A stretch of 64,000 nt of DNA, taken from assembly GCA_964418125.1 (NCBI GenBank), contig CAYQKY010000005.1, positions 42,130-106,129 of the forward strand. The letters are read 5' to 3'. The notes below the pieces were generated by a model. It searched no databases, was not told the DNA's origin, and saw only the letters and a program-made list of their open reading frames with translations. The translations under genes and the position numbers were made by a program. Positions 43,183 to 52,087 of the stretch are shown here, piece by piece; within the stretch, counting starts at the first letter, position 1, and each line of letters starts with the position of its first letter. This DNA comes from an uncultured Phaeodactylibacter sp. GTDB lineage: Bacteria; Bacteroidota; Bacteroidia; Chitinophagales; Saprospiraceae.

Positions 43183-43791
43183 ATGGACATCAAGCACACG
43201 GCCTTTGCCGGGAGTTTTCCTTCGGAAGCCCAGTGTCCTGCGGATGGGAAGCCGGAGTATGCCTTCATCGGCAGGTCCAATGTTGGTAAATCGTCGTTGA
43301 TTAATATGCTTACGGGACGGAAGAACATCGCTCATATCTCCCGGACCCCAGGCAAAACCCAACTGATCAACTTTTTTCTGGCAGATGGCGAATGGTATCT
43401 GGTTGACCTGCCAGGTTACGGTTACGCCCGCATTTCCAAACGAAAGCGTCAGGAGTGGCGGCGCATGATCGAGGGGTATCTCCAGAAACGCCAGGTTCTT
43501 CAGTGTGCCTTTGTCCTGTTAGATGCCAATATACCTCCTCAGCAACTGGACGTTGATTTCATCAACTGGCTGGGGGAGTCCCGCATCCCGTTTGTCATCG
43601 CCTACACTAAAACAGACCGGCTGAAGCCGGAAGAACTGGAAGCCAATATCAGCGCGATACAAGAGGCGCTGTTGCAGCACTGGGATGAACTGCCCAGGCA
43701 ATTTATCACCTCTTCACGTGAAGGGCAAGGCAGGGAAGAGATCCTCCAATTTATCCATGAAGTGAACGAGCGTTATTATAAAGCACTGTAA
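43183..43791 (+). CDS. engB: Ribosome-biogenesis GTPase YihA/EngB
   Basis: G1 is GRSNVGKSSLIN, G3 is DLPGYG and G4 is TKTD. The start MDIKHTAF at 43183 is preferred over the track start. Confidence 0.85.
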   Translation: MDIKHTAFAGSFPSEAQCPADGKPEYAFIGRSNVGKSSLINMLTGRKNIAHISRTPGKTQLINFFLADGEWYLVDLPGYGYARISKRKRQEWRRMIEGYLQKRQVLQCAFVLLDANIPPQQLDVDFINWLGESRIPFVIAYTKTDRLKPEELEANISAIQEALLQHWDELPRQFITSSREGQGREEILQFIHEVNERYYKAL

Positions 43792-43793
43792 AC

Positions 43794-45494
43794 ATGACAG
43801 AGGAGCCCAAAACATACGATCACGTTTTCCCGAACATAGAAGATTGGCCCATTTATAAGCTGAGCGAAGACCGGCGCCATTTCATCCAGGAGATCGACGA
43901 GTTCACCCTGGAGCGCTTCATGCGCAAGCCTTCTCCCCAATTGACGGATATTATTTCCAAGACCATCTACCTGGAGCGCATCCGGATGAAGGAGGAACCC
44001 TGGAAAGTGGACCCGCCCAATGAACGCCAGTTCTGGAGGAGGATAAGGAACAAACTGGTCGGCCAATCCCTCGACCGCAGCGAGGAGGAAGCCCGCAAGA
44101 CCAATGAAGAGATCCTCCGGCAGATCATCCACCGGTACTCGGAAGAGATTGTGGGCACTTTCCGGATCGGCACCTTCCTTTTTGCCCGGCGTTTCCTTAC
44201 CCTTTTCTTCACCCGCCTGCTCAATACGGCTGCCAGCCGTAACTGGCGCAGGATACTGGGGTCGAAACACCGCCTGGCGGACCGCCTGCTTGTAAAGGGA
44301 AAGGTGGAGGAAGTGCGCAGCCTCATACAAAAGGGGACGGTGGTGATCGTGCCTACCCATTTCAGCAATCTGGACTCCATACTCATCGGGTATGCCATGG
44401 ATGCCTTTGTCGGGTTACCCTCCTTTTCCTACGGAGCGGGCCTCAATCTGTACAATACCGGCTATACCGCTTATTTTATGAACCGCCTGGGAGCATACCG
44501 GGTTGACCGGCGCAAGAAAAACTCCATTTACCTGGAAACGCTGAAAGCCATGTCGAACCTGTCCCTTCAACGGGGCGTCAACAGCCTCTTCTTTCCGGGA
44601 GGGACCCGCTCGCGCTCAGGTTCGCTGGAAAAAAAGCTTAAACTGGGGCTGATGAGCACCATCCTGGAAGCCCAGCGTGCACTTTATCAGAAAGGGGAGG
44701 ATACCAAAATATTCATCGTGCCCCTCATTCTGAGCTATCACTTTGTGCTCGAAGCCCAGTTCCTGATCGAGCAGCACCTCAAGCAGATGGGGAAGGAGCG
44801 GTATATAAAGGCAAAAGATGACTTTCACAGCATCCGCCGCCAATTGCGCTTTGCCTGGCAGTTCTTTTCGGAGAGCAATGACATTACCCTGTCTTTCGGG
44901 CAGCCCATGGATGTATTGGGAAACCCTGTAGATATCAATGGAGAAAGTTACAGCCGGCACGGCCGGCGGATTGACCTGAAAGAATACTTCATGACGAACG
45001 GAAAAGTGACTGAAGACTTGCAGCGGGAATCGGAATACACGAAAATGCTGGGCAGCCGGATCGTAGAACGCTACTACAAGGATAATATCGTACTGACGAG
45101 CCACCTGGTAGCCTTTGCCGCTTTCGAGATCCTGAAAAACCAGAATAGCCGGCTGGACCTGTACGGCATTCTCCGCCTGCCGCCGGATGACTTTGTCTTC
45201 ACTATGGAAGCTATGAGGGATGTGGTAGGCCAATTGAAAGTGAGGTTGATCGAAATGAGCCAGAAGGATGAAGTCAAGTTGTCGGAGCAGATACTCTGGG
45301 ATGTGGACCTTCTGATCAAGGATGGAGTTTCCCGCCTGGGAACCTATCACCTGGCCAAGCCCCTGCGCTTCAGGAAGGATGAAGAGATCGTCAGCGAAAG
45401 CTTTAAGCTCCTGTATTTCTATCACAACCGGCTGGACAACTACGGACTGGAGCATAAGATCAGCTGGAAGAAGTATGTACTGGAAATGGTGTGA
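43794..45494 (+). CDS. Glycerolipid acyltransferase (PlsB/GPAT-like, 566 aa)
   Basis: The acyltransferase HX4D block is PTHFSNLDS, and FFPGGTRSRSG is block III. Confidence 0.7.
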   Translation: MTEEPKTYDHVFPNIEDWPIYKLSEDRRHFIQEIDEFTLERFMRKPSPQLTDIISKTIYLERIRMKEEPWKVDPPNERQFWRRIRNKLVGQSLDRSEEEARKTNEEILRQIIHRYSEEIVGTFRIGTFLFARRFLTLFFTRLLNTAASRNWRRILGSKHRLADRLLVKGKVEEVRSLIQKGTVVIVPTHFSNLDSILIGYAMDAFVGLPSFSYGAGLNLYNTGYTAYFMNRLGAYRVDRRKKNSIYLETLKAMSNLSLQRGVNSLFFPGGTRSRSGSLEKKLKLGLMSTILEAQRALYQKGEDTKIFIVPLILSYHFVLEAQFLIEQHLKQMGKERYIKAKDDFHSIRRQLRFAWQFFSESNDITLSFGQPMDVLGNPVDINGESYSRHGRRIDLKEYFMTNGKVTEDLQRESEYTKMLGSRIVERYYKDNIVLTSHLVAFAAFEILKNQNSRLDLYGILRLPPDDFVFTMEAMRDVVGQLKVRLIEMSQKDEVKLSEQILWDVDLLIKDGVSRLGTYHLAKPLRFRKDEEIVSESFKLLYFYHNRLDNYGLEHKISWKKYVLEMV

Positions 45495-45500
45495 TCAATT

Positions 45501-46307
45501 ATGTTGGAGAAGCTCTTTTTTTCAGAACGTAACATAATGGTGGCTATCCTGCTCAATGCCATCATTCTTTTTGCCCTTTATTTTCCCGCTTGCCGGGATA
45601 ACCCGACGCTGGAGGCGATCGACCATATTTTCCTTCTTTTTTTTCTGATGGAGGCGATCGTGAAAATATACGTTCTGGGAGTCAAAGGCTATTTCCGGAA
45701 CCCGTGGAACCGCTTCGATTTTATTATTGTCATGGCCAGCCTGCCTTCGGTGCTGGTTACCTTCATGGATATTCCTGATACTTCCCTGCTCATCATTCTG
45801 CGCCTTTTCCGCCTGATCCGCCTGATCCGTTTTTTCCGCTTTGTTCCCCATCTCAACAAGATCATTGACGGGCTTAGCCGGGCGCTGCAGGCCTCGCTTT
45901 TCGTATTGCTGGCGCTGATATTCCTCAATATCCTGCTCGCAATATTTACCTGCCACTTTTATGCGCAAATAGCGCCGGAATATTTCGGGGATCCACTGAT
46001 TGCTTCTTATTCCATTTTTCAGATGTTTACCATTGAAGGGTGGAACGAGATACCGGCACTTATCGCCCAGCGGGTTCAGGAAAACGGAACAGGAAGCAAC
46101 TTGATAAGTGCTACTTTCATCGTTGGAATAACCCGGTTCTACTTTGTGTTTATCGTGCTCATCGGCGGCATCTTCGGCATGTCTCTGGCCAATGCGGTTT
46201 TCGTCGATGAGATGACCATGGATAATAACCAGACGCTGGAGAACAAGATCGACCGCCTGCAGGAAGAGATTGCCGAGCTGAAACAATTACTGGAGAAAAG
46301 GAGTTGA
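45501..46307 (+). CDS. Single-domain 6-TM voltage-gated cation channel (BacNaV/NaChBac-like) with a C-terminal coiled coil
   Basis: S4 reads LRLFRLIRLIRFFRFV, with Arg at every third residue. The pore is FQMFTIEGWNEI. The C-terminus is LENKIDRLQEEIAELKQLL. Confidence 0.75.
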   Translation: MLEKLFFSERNIMVAILLNAIILFALYFPACRDNPTLEAIDHIFLLFFLMEAIVKIYVLGVKGYFRNPWNRFDFIIVMASLPSVLVTFMDIPDTSLLIILRLFRLIRLIRFFRFVPHLNKIIDGLSRALQASLFVLLALIFLNILLAIFTCHFYAQIAPEYFGDPLIASYSIFQMFTIEGWNEIPALIAQRVQENGTGSNLISATFIVGITRFYFVFIVLIGGIFGMSLANAVFVDEMTMDNNQTLENKIDRLQEEIAELKQLLEKRS

Positions 46308-46381
46308 AAAGGATTAGAAACCAGCTCTTTGGCCCGGACAGGCCCCTGCCCGCTCCCCCAGAGAGATAAAAACGACCAAGA

Positions 46382-46927
46382 TTGAACTTCATCGTACTTG
46401 ACCTGGAAGCAACCTGCTGGGAAGGGCGCCCGCCATCCAAAGTGCAGGAGACCATCGAGATCGGGGCGTTGAGCCTGAACCGCTACGGTGAGGTGACCGG
46501 CTCCTTCAACAAGTTTGTAAAGCCAATCCTCAACCCCCGCCTTTCTCATTTCTGCCGGGAGCTGACATCCATTGAGCAGGAGTACGTCGACCGGGCTAAT
46601 GAATTTCCGATGGTAATTGAACAGTTTCAGGACTGGGCGGAAATTTTCGACGAGGAATATCTGCTGTGTTCCTGGGGCAATTTCGATAAGAAAATGCTGA
46701 TCCAGGACTGCCGGCTGCACCACCTGGAATACGACTGGATCGAAGGGCACCACATCAACCTGAAAGGCCAGTACCACGATATCAAGCGCCTGCGCCGCCC
46801 CCGGGGACTGAAAAGAGCGGTGACCAACGAGGGCTTTGAATTTACCGGCACCCATCACCGGGGCATTGACGATGCGGAAAACCTCGCCAAGGTTTTCGCC
46901 AAGTACCTGGATGAATGGCGCTACTGA
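46382..46927 (+). CDS. DEDDh-family 3'-5' exonuclease (ERI-1/KapD-like)
   Basis: FIVLDLEATCWE is ExoI and the C-terminal HRGIDDAEN is ExoIII with His. The start is a TTG. Confidence 0.75.
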   Translation: MNFIVLDLEATCWEGRPPSKVQETIEIGALSLNRYGEVTGSFNKFVKPILNPRLSHFCRELTSIEQEYVDRANEFPMVIEQFQDWAEIFDEEYLLCSWGNFDKKMLIQDCRLHHLEYDWIEGHHINLKGQYHDIKRLRRPRGLKRAVTNEGFEFTGTHHRGIDDAENLAKVFAKYLDEWRY

Positions 46928-47640
46928 GATTTCCTCTTTTTCAGCTCATACATCGAACGAATATATTTTTTAGCCAGGGGAATGATCTGTACCCGGCTGC
47001 TGGAAACGTCGTCCGTCCAGGTCACCGGCAACTCACATATCTTCAGGTTCAGCCATTCAGCGGTAGTCAGCAGTTCGGTGGAGAAGAACCAGCCGTCGTT
47101 TTGAGCGCCGGCTTCGTAGAGGCGGGGATAAACTTCCCGCCTCAGGAATTTAAAACCGCACATGCCGTCCGAGAAGCGGACGCCGAGGTAGAGTTTCAGG
47201 AGCAGGTTGAAAATCCGGGAAGCTATTTCCCGCTTCAGCGGGCGGTTGATGACCTTTGCCCGGGGATGCAGGCGGGAGCCGTAGGCAATATCATATCCCT
47301 GGTGGGCGATAGCGTCGTAAACCTCCAGAAAGTGAGAAAGGCCAGTGGCCAGGTCCAGGTCCATATAGCCCACGATATCTGCCTTCGACTGCCCCCATGA
47401 GGTTTTCAGCGCCAGGCCGACTCCTTTTTCGGGAACTTTCACATAGGTGATCTCCGGTATTCCTGCAGAAAGCCCCCGGGCGATTTCCAGCGTCCGGTCG
47501 GTCGATCCGTTGTCGGCGATGACGATCTGCCACTGGCCGTCATCCGGGAAGTGTTCTTTCAGGAAATGGTGCAGGACTTTAACGTTTTGCTCTAACGTTG
47601 CCTCCTCGTTCAATACAGGAATGGTCACATCGAAGGTCAT
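46921..47640 (-). CDS. Family 2 glycosyltransferase (polyprenol-phosphate glycosyltransferase-like)
   Basis: IPVLNEE, ADNGSTD, DLD and a GT-A fold are present. 239 aa with no TM tail. Confidence 0.8.
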   Translation of the reverse strand: MTFDVTIPVLNEEATLEQNVKVLHHFLKEHFPDDGQWQIVIADNGSTDRTLEIARGLSAGIPEITYVKVPEKGVGLALKTSWGQSKADIVGYMDLDLATGLSHFLEVYDAIAHQGYDIAYGSRLHPRAKVINRPLKREIASRIFNLLLKLYLGVRFSDGMCGFKFLRREVYPRLYEAGAQNDGWFFSTELLTTAEWLNLKICELPVTWTDDVSSSRVQIIPLAKKYIRSMYELKKRKSQ

Positions 47641-47876
47641 AATGGCCGCTTTCTTTAAAAGGCGGACTGCCTGGAGAAGCTTTATTTAGGCTGTATTTCC
47701 GCCCGGTTCTTGTCCGCCCTGCGAATATAGGAGCTTTTTTGAAAATTACCGGCCTGCATGATGCGGTTGGCGATTTAAACATTTTTTTTCTTACTTTGTA
47801 GATGGCAATTCAGCCTTTGTCTATTTTCTGAAACTATTACCTTTACCCTGTCATCTTATCCGAAAGAGGCCGGAAT

Positions 47877-48524
47877 ATGAGCATGTGGAAAAACATCAAA
47901 TCTCTTTTTATCATTGAAGAGGAGGCGCCGAAAGAAGAAGCGGCTTCCGGGCAGGAGCCGCCAGTTATTCCGGAGGGGCAGGAGCAGGCCCCTGCCGGTG
48001 GAAAGGTATCTGAAAAATTTACCGAGGTTTTGTTCCGCGCTATGAGTGAGCAGAATATGGAAGGCTTTGATTACCTGGAGTATAAAAAGTCCCTGAATTC
48101 TCTCCGGGAGATGCCGATGGATGAACAGACCCGTTACCAGTCGGCCTTTGCAATGGCCCAAACCATGGGGACTACACCCCAGCACCTGATACAAACGGCT
48201 CAGCATTATATCGACGTGCTTCACAAGGAAGAACAGAAATTCCGGCAGGCCCTGGCCAACCAGGAGAAATTGCAGATCGAAAGCAAAGAGCAGGAGATCC
48301 GAAAACTGGAGGAGATGATGCAGAGCAAAGCCGAAAAGATCGCCCAGCTGACCCGTGAGATCGAAGAGCACCGGCAAGAAAAAACAGGGCTACAGCAGGA
48401 GATGCGTTCGGCAGCAGAGAAGGTTGAGGCTACAAAGCTGGACTTTATGGCTTCTTACAACTCGCTTCTGGGGCAGATCGAGAAAGATGTAGACAGCATG
48501 AAGCAATATTTGAAGGAAGACTGA
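47877..48524 (+). CDS. Hypothetical coiled-coil protein
   Basis: It has an acidic N-terminus, then heptad-rich sequence (KEQEIRKLEEMMQSKAEKIAQLTREIEEHRQEK). It lies immediately upstream of the PspA-like gene. Confidence 0.45.
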   Translation: MSMWKNIKSLFIIEEEAPKEEAASGQEPPVIPEGQEQAPAGGKVSEKFTEVLFRAMSEQNMEGFDYLEYKKSLNSLREMPMDEQTRYQSAFAMAQTMGTTPQHLIQTAQHYIDVLHKEEQKFRQALANQEKLQIESKEQEIRKLEEMMQSKAEKIAQLTREIEEHRQEKTGLQQEMRSAAEKVEATKLDFMASYNSLLGQIEKDVDSMKQYLKED

Positions 48525-48552
48525 TCAAGAACTTAAAAACACAATTTCAATA

Positions 48553-49584
48553 ATGGACACATATCAAAAGGAACTCAAGCCAAAGTCATTCTGGCAGCGC
48601 CCGGAAGGGGTGACCGGAATGGTCTTTCTGGCTGCCCTGGTTATCGGCGGTGGTTACCTGATCCTGGCCAACCTGCCTTTTATCATTGGGCTGGTCCAGA
48701 ATACGATAACGCTGGCCGTCCTCCTGGTCGTCCTGGCAGCCATCGTCTATATGGTGCTGGACCCCAAGATGCGCAACCTGGTCTGGTATGGGTATAAGAG
48801 CGTGATGCGCTGGGTTACCGGCCTTTTTGTACAGCTTGACCCCATCGGCATCCTGAAATCCTACGTGGAAGACCTCAAGGATAACCTGCGCAAGATGAAC
48901 AAGCAGATCAGCATGCTCAGGGGCCAGATGCATAAATTGCAGGAGATTATCTACAACAATAAAAAACAGATCGAAAGCAACCTCCAGCTGGCCAGTAAGG
49001 CCAAGGCCAGTAATAAGCAGGCCATCATGATACTCAAGTCGCGCAAGGCCGGCCGCCTCAAGGAGTCCAACATGCGCCTGGAGGACCTCTACAAGAAAAT
49101 GGAGGTGCTCTACCGCGTGCTGACCAAAATGTACGAGAACTCCCAGATCCTGATGGAGGATATAAAGGACCAGGTGGAAGTAAAAGAACAGGAGCGCAAG
49201 GCCATCCATGCCAGCCACAGCGCCATGCGTTCGGCCATGAGCATCATGTCCGGGGACCCGGACCGCAGGGCCATGTTCGATGCGGCTATGGAGGCCATCG
49301 CCGATGATGTGGCCAGCAAAGTAGGGGAGATGGAACGTTTCATGGAAATGTCGGCCAACTTTATGGATTCCATTGACCTGCAAAATGGCATTTTTGAGGA
49401 GGAAGGCATGAAGATGCTTGAAAAGTGGGAAAAAGAGGGCGTCTCCCTCATCCTCGGCGAAGAAAAGCAGAACCTGCTGACTAAAGCCAACGATGACGAT
49501 GAGGTGCTCGACCTGAAGGAGCCCATTAAAGAACCGGTACGGGAGCCCGGCCACAGGAACCAGTATGATTCTTTCTTTGAATGA
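48553..49584 (+). CDS. Membrane-anchored PspA/IM30-like coiled-coil protein
   Basis: Two N-terminal TM helices are followed by DPIGILKSYVEDLKDNLRKMNKQISMLRGQ..., which resembles the PspA/IM30 helix-1 pattern. The C-terminus is acidic. Confidence 0.45.
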   Translation: MDTYQKELKPKSFWQRPEGVTGMVFLAALVIGGGYLILANLPFIIGLVQNTITLAVLLVVLAAIVYMVLDPKMRNLVWYGYKSVMRWVTGLFVQLDPIGILKSYVEDLKDNLRKMNKQISMLRGQMHKLQEIIYNNKKQIESNLQLASKAKASNKQAIMILKSRKAGRLKESNMRLEDLYKKMEVLYRVLTKMYENSQILMEDIKDQVEVKEQERKAIHASHSAMRSAMSIMSGDPDRRAMFDAAMEAIADDVASKVGEMERFMEMSANFMDSIDLQNGIFEEEGMKMLEKWEKEGVSLILGEEKQNLLTKANDDDEVLDLKEPIKEPVREPGHRNQYDSFFE

Positions 49585-49602
49585 GGCTGATGATAGAGTA
49601 GT

Positions 49603-49635
49603 TTCGGTATTCGGTATTCGGTATTCGGTATTCGG
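49603..49635. repeat. Tandem heptamer (TTCGGTA) x4.7
   Basis: Read directly as TTCGGTA TTCGGTA TTCGGTA TTCGGTA TTCGG. The same unit forms the hairpin at 7350-7405. Confidence 0.9.
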
Positions 49636-49757
49636 CCGAGGAACATCCAATACCAAAAATCACATATCGCAAATCAAGCGTCAAAGATCTACCGGCTGTC
49701 ATAGCCATCCCCACCTCTCAGGCGGAGCGCCCAAGTGCGGCTCCGCCTGTTCATTTT

Positions 49758-49791
49758 AGATTTTCCAGATTTCCAAAAATCTGGAAAATCT
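49758..49791. promoter_or_regulatory. Perfect 15-bp inverted repeat (AGATTTTCCAGATTT-ccaa-AAATCTGGAAAATCT) 40 nt upstream of an OMP gene
   Basis: Arms at 49758-49772 and 49777-49791 are exact reverse complements. TTTATATAAT follows. Confidence 0.6.
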
Positions 49792-49830
49792 TTATATAAT
49801 ATTCCCTTTCCCCCCGGCGTTCATGCCAGT

Positions 49831-50406
49831 ATGAAGCAACGAACGATCCTCATTACCTTAGTAACCCTCCCGGCATTGCTTTTCGGACAATCCTACAACA
49901 CCGCCTTTGGTATGCGCCTGGGTACCGACTACGGCGTTACCATCAAACAGCGGGTTGGGAAGACCTCCAGCCTGGAAGGCATCATACAGGGAAGCTTTCA
50001 GCGGGAGGAAGCGCAGGTAACCCTGTTGTACGAGGACCATTTTCCCCTGATCTCCCGCCGGTTCAACGTATACGCCGGCGGAGGCTTGCACAAAGGCTGG
50101 GTTACCCGCGAAGGCACTGAAGATGACCCGGTATATAAAGACCCGTTCGGAGTCAGCGCTATTGCCGGCATAGAATTTACCCTGGGTAAGCTGAACCTTT
50201 CCTATGACTTCAAGCCTGCCGTCAACCTGGTTGGGGGGAAGCATACCATTTACAGCCAGACGGGCGTATCCCTGCGCTATGTTATTGCGAAGCGCCCCTG
50301 GCTCAATGATCCCAAGGCTAAGAGGAAGCGCCAGAAAGAGCGCGAACGCCGCCGCCGGAAAAAGGACGGCGACGGTTTCAATTGGAAGTTCTGGGAAAAC
50401 TGGTGA
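49831..50406 (+). CDS. Small outer-membrane beta-barrel protein with a polybasic C-terminal tail
   Basis: MKQRTILITLVTLPALLFGQ is a signal peptide. Eight-strand-like alternating segments are followed by KRKRQKERERRRRKKDGDGFNWKFWENW. Confidence 0.5.
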   Translation: MKQRTILITLVTLPALLFGQSYNTAFGMRLGTDYGVTIKQRVGKTSSLEGIIQGSFQREEAQVTLLYEDHFPLISRRFNVYAGGGLHKGWVTREGTEDDPVYKDPFGVSAIAGIEFTLGKLNLSYDFKPAVNLVGGKHTIYSQTGVSLRYVIAKRPWLNDPKAKRKRQKERERRRRKKDGDGFNWKFWENW

Positions 50407-50451
50407 GTTGAGAGGCTTGGGGCGCTTTTTGGCACAAAAGCACATTCCGGC

Positions 50452-51240
50452 CTACTGCACAGGTATACTATAATCCTCCGACAATATCTTCTCCAATCTC
50501 AGCGGCCCACCATCCGCCTCCTTATCCAGCAGCACTACGGCCGAGCCTTTTTCATCCCGAATGAACTTGCCCCTACCCAGTTCGGAAGTGAAACTCAGGG
50601 TCACCGGGTTGAGTTCCAGGCTGGCGGCTTCTTTTCGTTCCAGGGAGGTCATAAGCAGGTTTAATTGATTTACCGGAGGCAGAATGCCGTCCATCTGGAA
50701 GTATTCGGCCTTGAGCGTATCTTCTTTCAGCCCGACGAAAAGGATGTGTGAGCCCGTTTCCCGGCTAAGGGTGTAGGTACCCACCAGTTCTTCTTGCTTC
50801 ACTGGCATTTGCAGGTTGAACTGCCCGTCGGAAAAGATCCCTATTTTACTGTAGTGATAGCTTTCCTCTTCTTGTCCTTCCTCAGCCCAACCCTGATAGA
50901 AAGTTATGGTGGAATCTTCCCTTATGGCATAGAAATAATCACCGGCGCCGGCCCACCAGCCACCAACGGCGGCCAGGGCTTCGGCCGGGATTTCGTAATC
51001 CTCATAAGAAGCCGGGGCGATTGAGTCGCAATTACTGATGCTAGCCAGTTTCACCTTGTTCTGGTTCACGATGGCAAATACGGCGCTTTGCGGAAAGGCC
51101 TCATCTTCACTGACGGCCTGGCATTGCAGCCGGACTTTATAGCTCTCCTCTTTCTCTTCATCCGCCGGGGCAGTCTGGCAGGCGGTGAAAAGGATGACTG
51201 AGAAAAATGTGGGGAAAATGATTTTGGTTGGAATCGTCAT
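50452..51240 (-). CDS. Hypothetical lipoprotein
   Basis: The internal start MTIPTKIIFPTFFSVILFTACQTAP has a lipobox Cys. No recognised domain. Confidence 0.45.
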   Translation of the reverse strand: MTIPTKIIFPTFFSVILFTACQTAPADEEKEESYKVRLQCQAVSEDEAFPQSAVFAIVNQNKVKLASISNCDSIAPASYEDYEIPAEALAAVGGWWAGAGDYFYAIREDSTITFYQGWAEEGQEEESYHYSKIGIFSDGQFNLQMPVKQEELVGTYTLSRETGSHILFVGLKEDTLKAEYFQMDGILPPVNQLNLLMTSLERKEAASLELNPVTLSFTSELGRGKFIRDEKGSAVVLLDKEADGGPLRLEKILSEDYSIPVQ

Positions 51241-51357
51241 GTTGGTTTGTTTTTTAGCAAAATAAGGGGTAGGAGGGGGAAATGCAATTTTTTCCTGCAT
51301 AGTGCATCCTTGTTTCACTTGGAGTGTCTTTCAAGGCAGAGTACAAAAACTGAACCA

Positions 51358-51795
51358 ATGAGAAAGACAGCCTTATTTGTATTGTTATTTTGTTTTACAG
51401 CCTTCTTTTCCTTCGCTCAGAATGAAACGGGGAAGGAAACCAGGGAAGAGGCGAAAAAAGAAATGGAGGCGCTCCGCCTGGAGTTGAAAGCCGTAATGGA
51501 GAATGTACAGGCAGAGCTTCAGAATTTGGACATCGGCCTATCCGCCCTGGATCAGTTGCAGGATTTCGATTGGGAAACTCATCTGGATAACGAGGAAGCA
51601 ATAGCCTACCTGAATTCGGAAGAATTCAAGGAAGAGATGAAAGGAGTGCAGGAAGAAGTAAATGCAGCTATGCAGGAAGCCCGGGAAGAAATGGCCAAGG
51701 TGGAAGCGATCAATTGGGAAGAGATCAACCAGGCGATTGAAAAGGCTATGGAAGAGGTGGAAAGGGAACTTTCCGGGCTAAGGGAGGAGGAGTAG
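51358..51795 (+). CDS. Secreted Glu-rich coiled-coil protein (145 aa)
   Basis: MRKTALFVLLFCFTAFFSFAQ is a signal peptide. Repeated EE..K.EM...E.. helical segments follow. Confidence 0.45.
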   Translation: MRKTALFVLLFCFTAFFSFAQNETGKETREEAKKEMEALRLELKAVMENVQAELQNLDIGLSALDQLQDFDWETHLDNEEAIAYLNSEEFKEEMKGVQEEVNAAMQEAREEMAKVEAINWEEINQAIEKAMEEVERELSGLREEE

Positions 51796-51824
51796 CCAGA
51801 AATTATGCGATCTGAACTAAAAAA

Positions 51825-51876
51825 GCCATCCCGAATCTAGGCGAATGCCACTTGCCGGGATGGCTTTTCTTTTTTT
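51825..51876. terminator. Bidirectional intrinsic terminator between the 51358 gene and tRNA-His
   Basis: GCCATCCCG (51825-51833) pairs with CGGGATGGC (51856-51864). The stem is flanked by an A-run on the 5' side and TTTTCTTTTTTT on the 3' side. Confidence 0.55.
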
Positions 51877-51877
51877 G

Positions 51878-51952
51878 GGTGGCTAACCGGATTTGAACCG
51901 GCGACCTCTGGAACCACAATCCAGCGCTCTAACCAGCTGAGCTATAACCACC
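51878..51952 (-). tRNA. tRNA-His (anticodon GTG) with encoded G-1 pairing to C73
   Basis: Folded by hand. The acceptor stem is GTGGTTA/TAGCCAC and the D arm is GCTC/GAGC. The anticodon arm is CTGGA-TTGTGGT-TCCAG and the T arm is GCCGG-TTCAAAT-CCGGT. CCA is not encoded. Confidence 0.85.
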
Positions 51953-52000
51953 ATAAGGAGCCGGGAATTCAATTCTCCATTCCCTTTTTCTAAAGCGATG

Positions 52001-52008
52001 CAAATATA
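52001..52008 (-). promoter_or_regulatory. Bacteroidota -7 promoter box (TATATTTG on the minus strand) upstream of tRNA-His
   Basis: The plus strand reads CAAATATA, about 49 nt upstream of the tRNA 5' end. Confidence 0.35.
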
Positions 52009-52087
52009 GGATAAGTTCCAAAAAGGGGAAATTTTTTTGGGCAAAAAATTGGGAGGCGCCCCTTGTTTTCACTGCTGCCATTAGAGG

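Noticed and set aside
49603-49635. Possibility that the short tandem repeats (here and at 7350, 16757, 31901, 57000) are CRISPR arrays
   Set aside because: The units are 7-9 nt, not 24-48 nt. They are contiguous without spacers, and no cas genes are present in the window.
48586-49656. 356-aa and 178-aa minus-strand ORFs opposite the PspA-like gene, with IPNTEYRIPNTE repeats at their N-termini
   Set aside because: The repetitive N-terminal peptide is simply the translation of the (TTCGGTA)n DNA repeat. The rest is antisense to a coiled-coil gene, whose codon periodicity keeps the opposite frame open.
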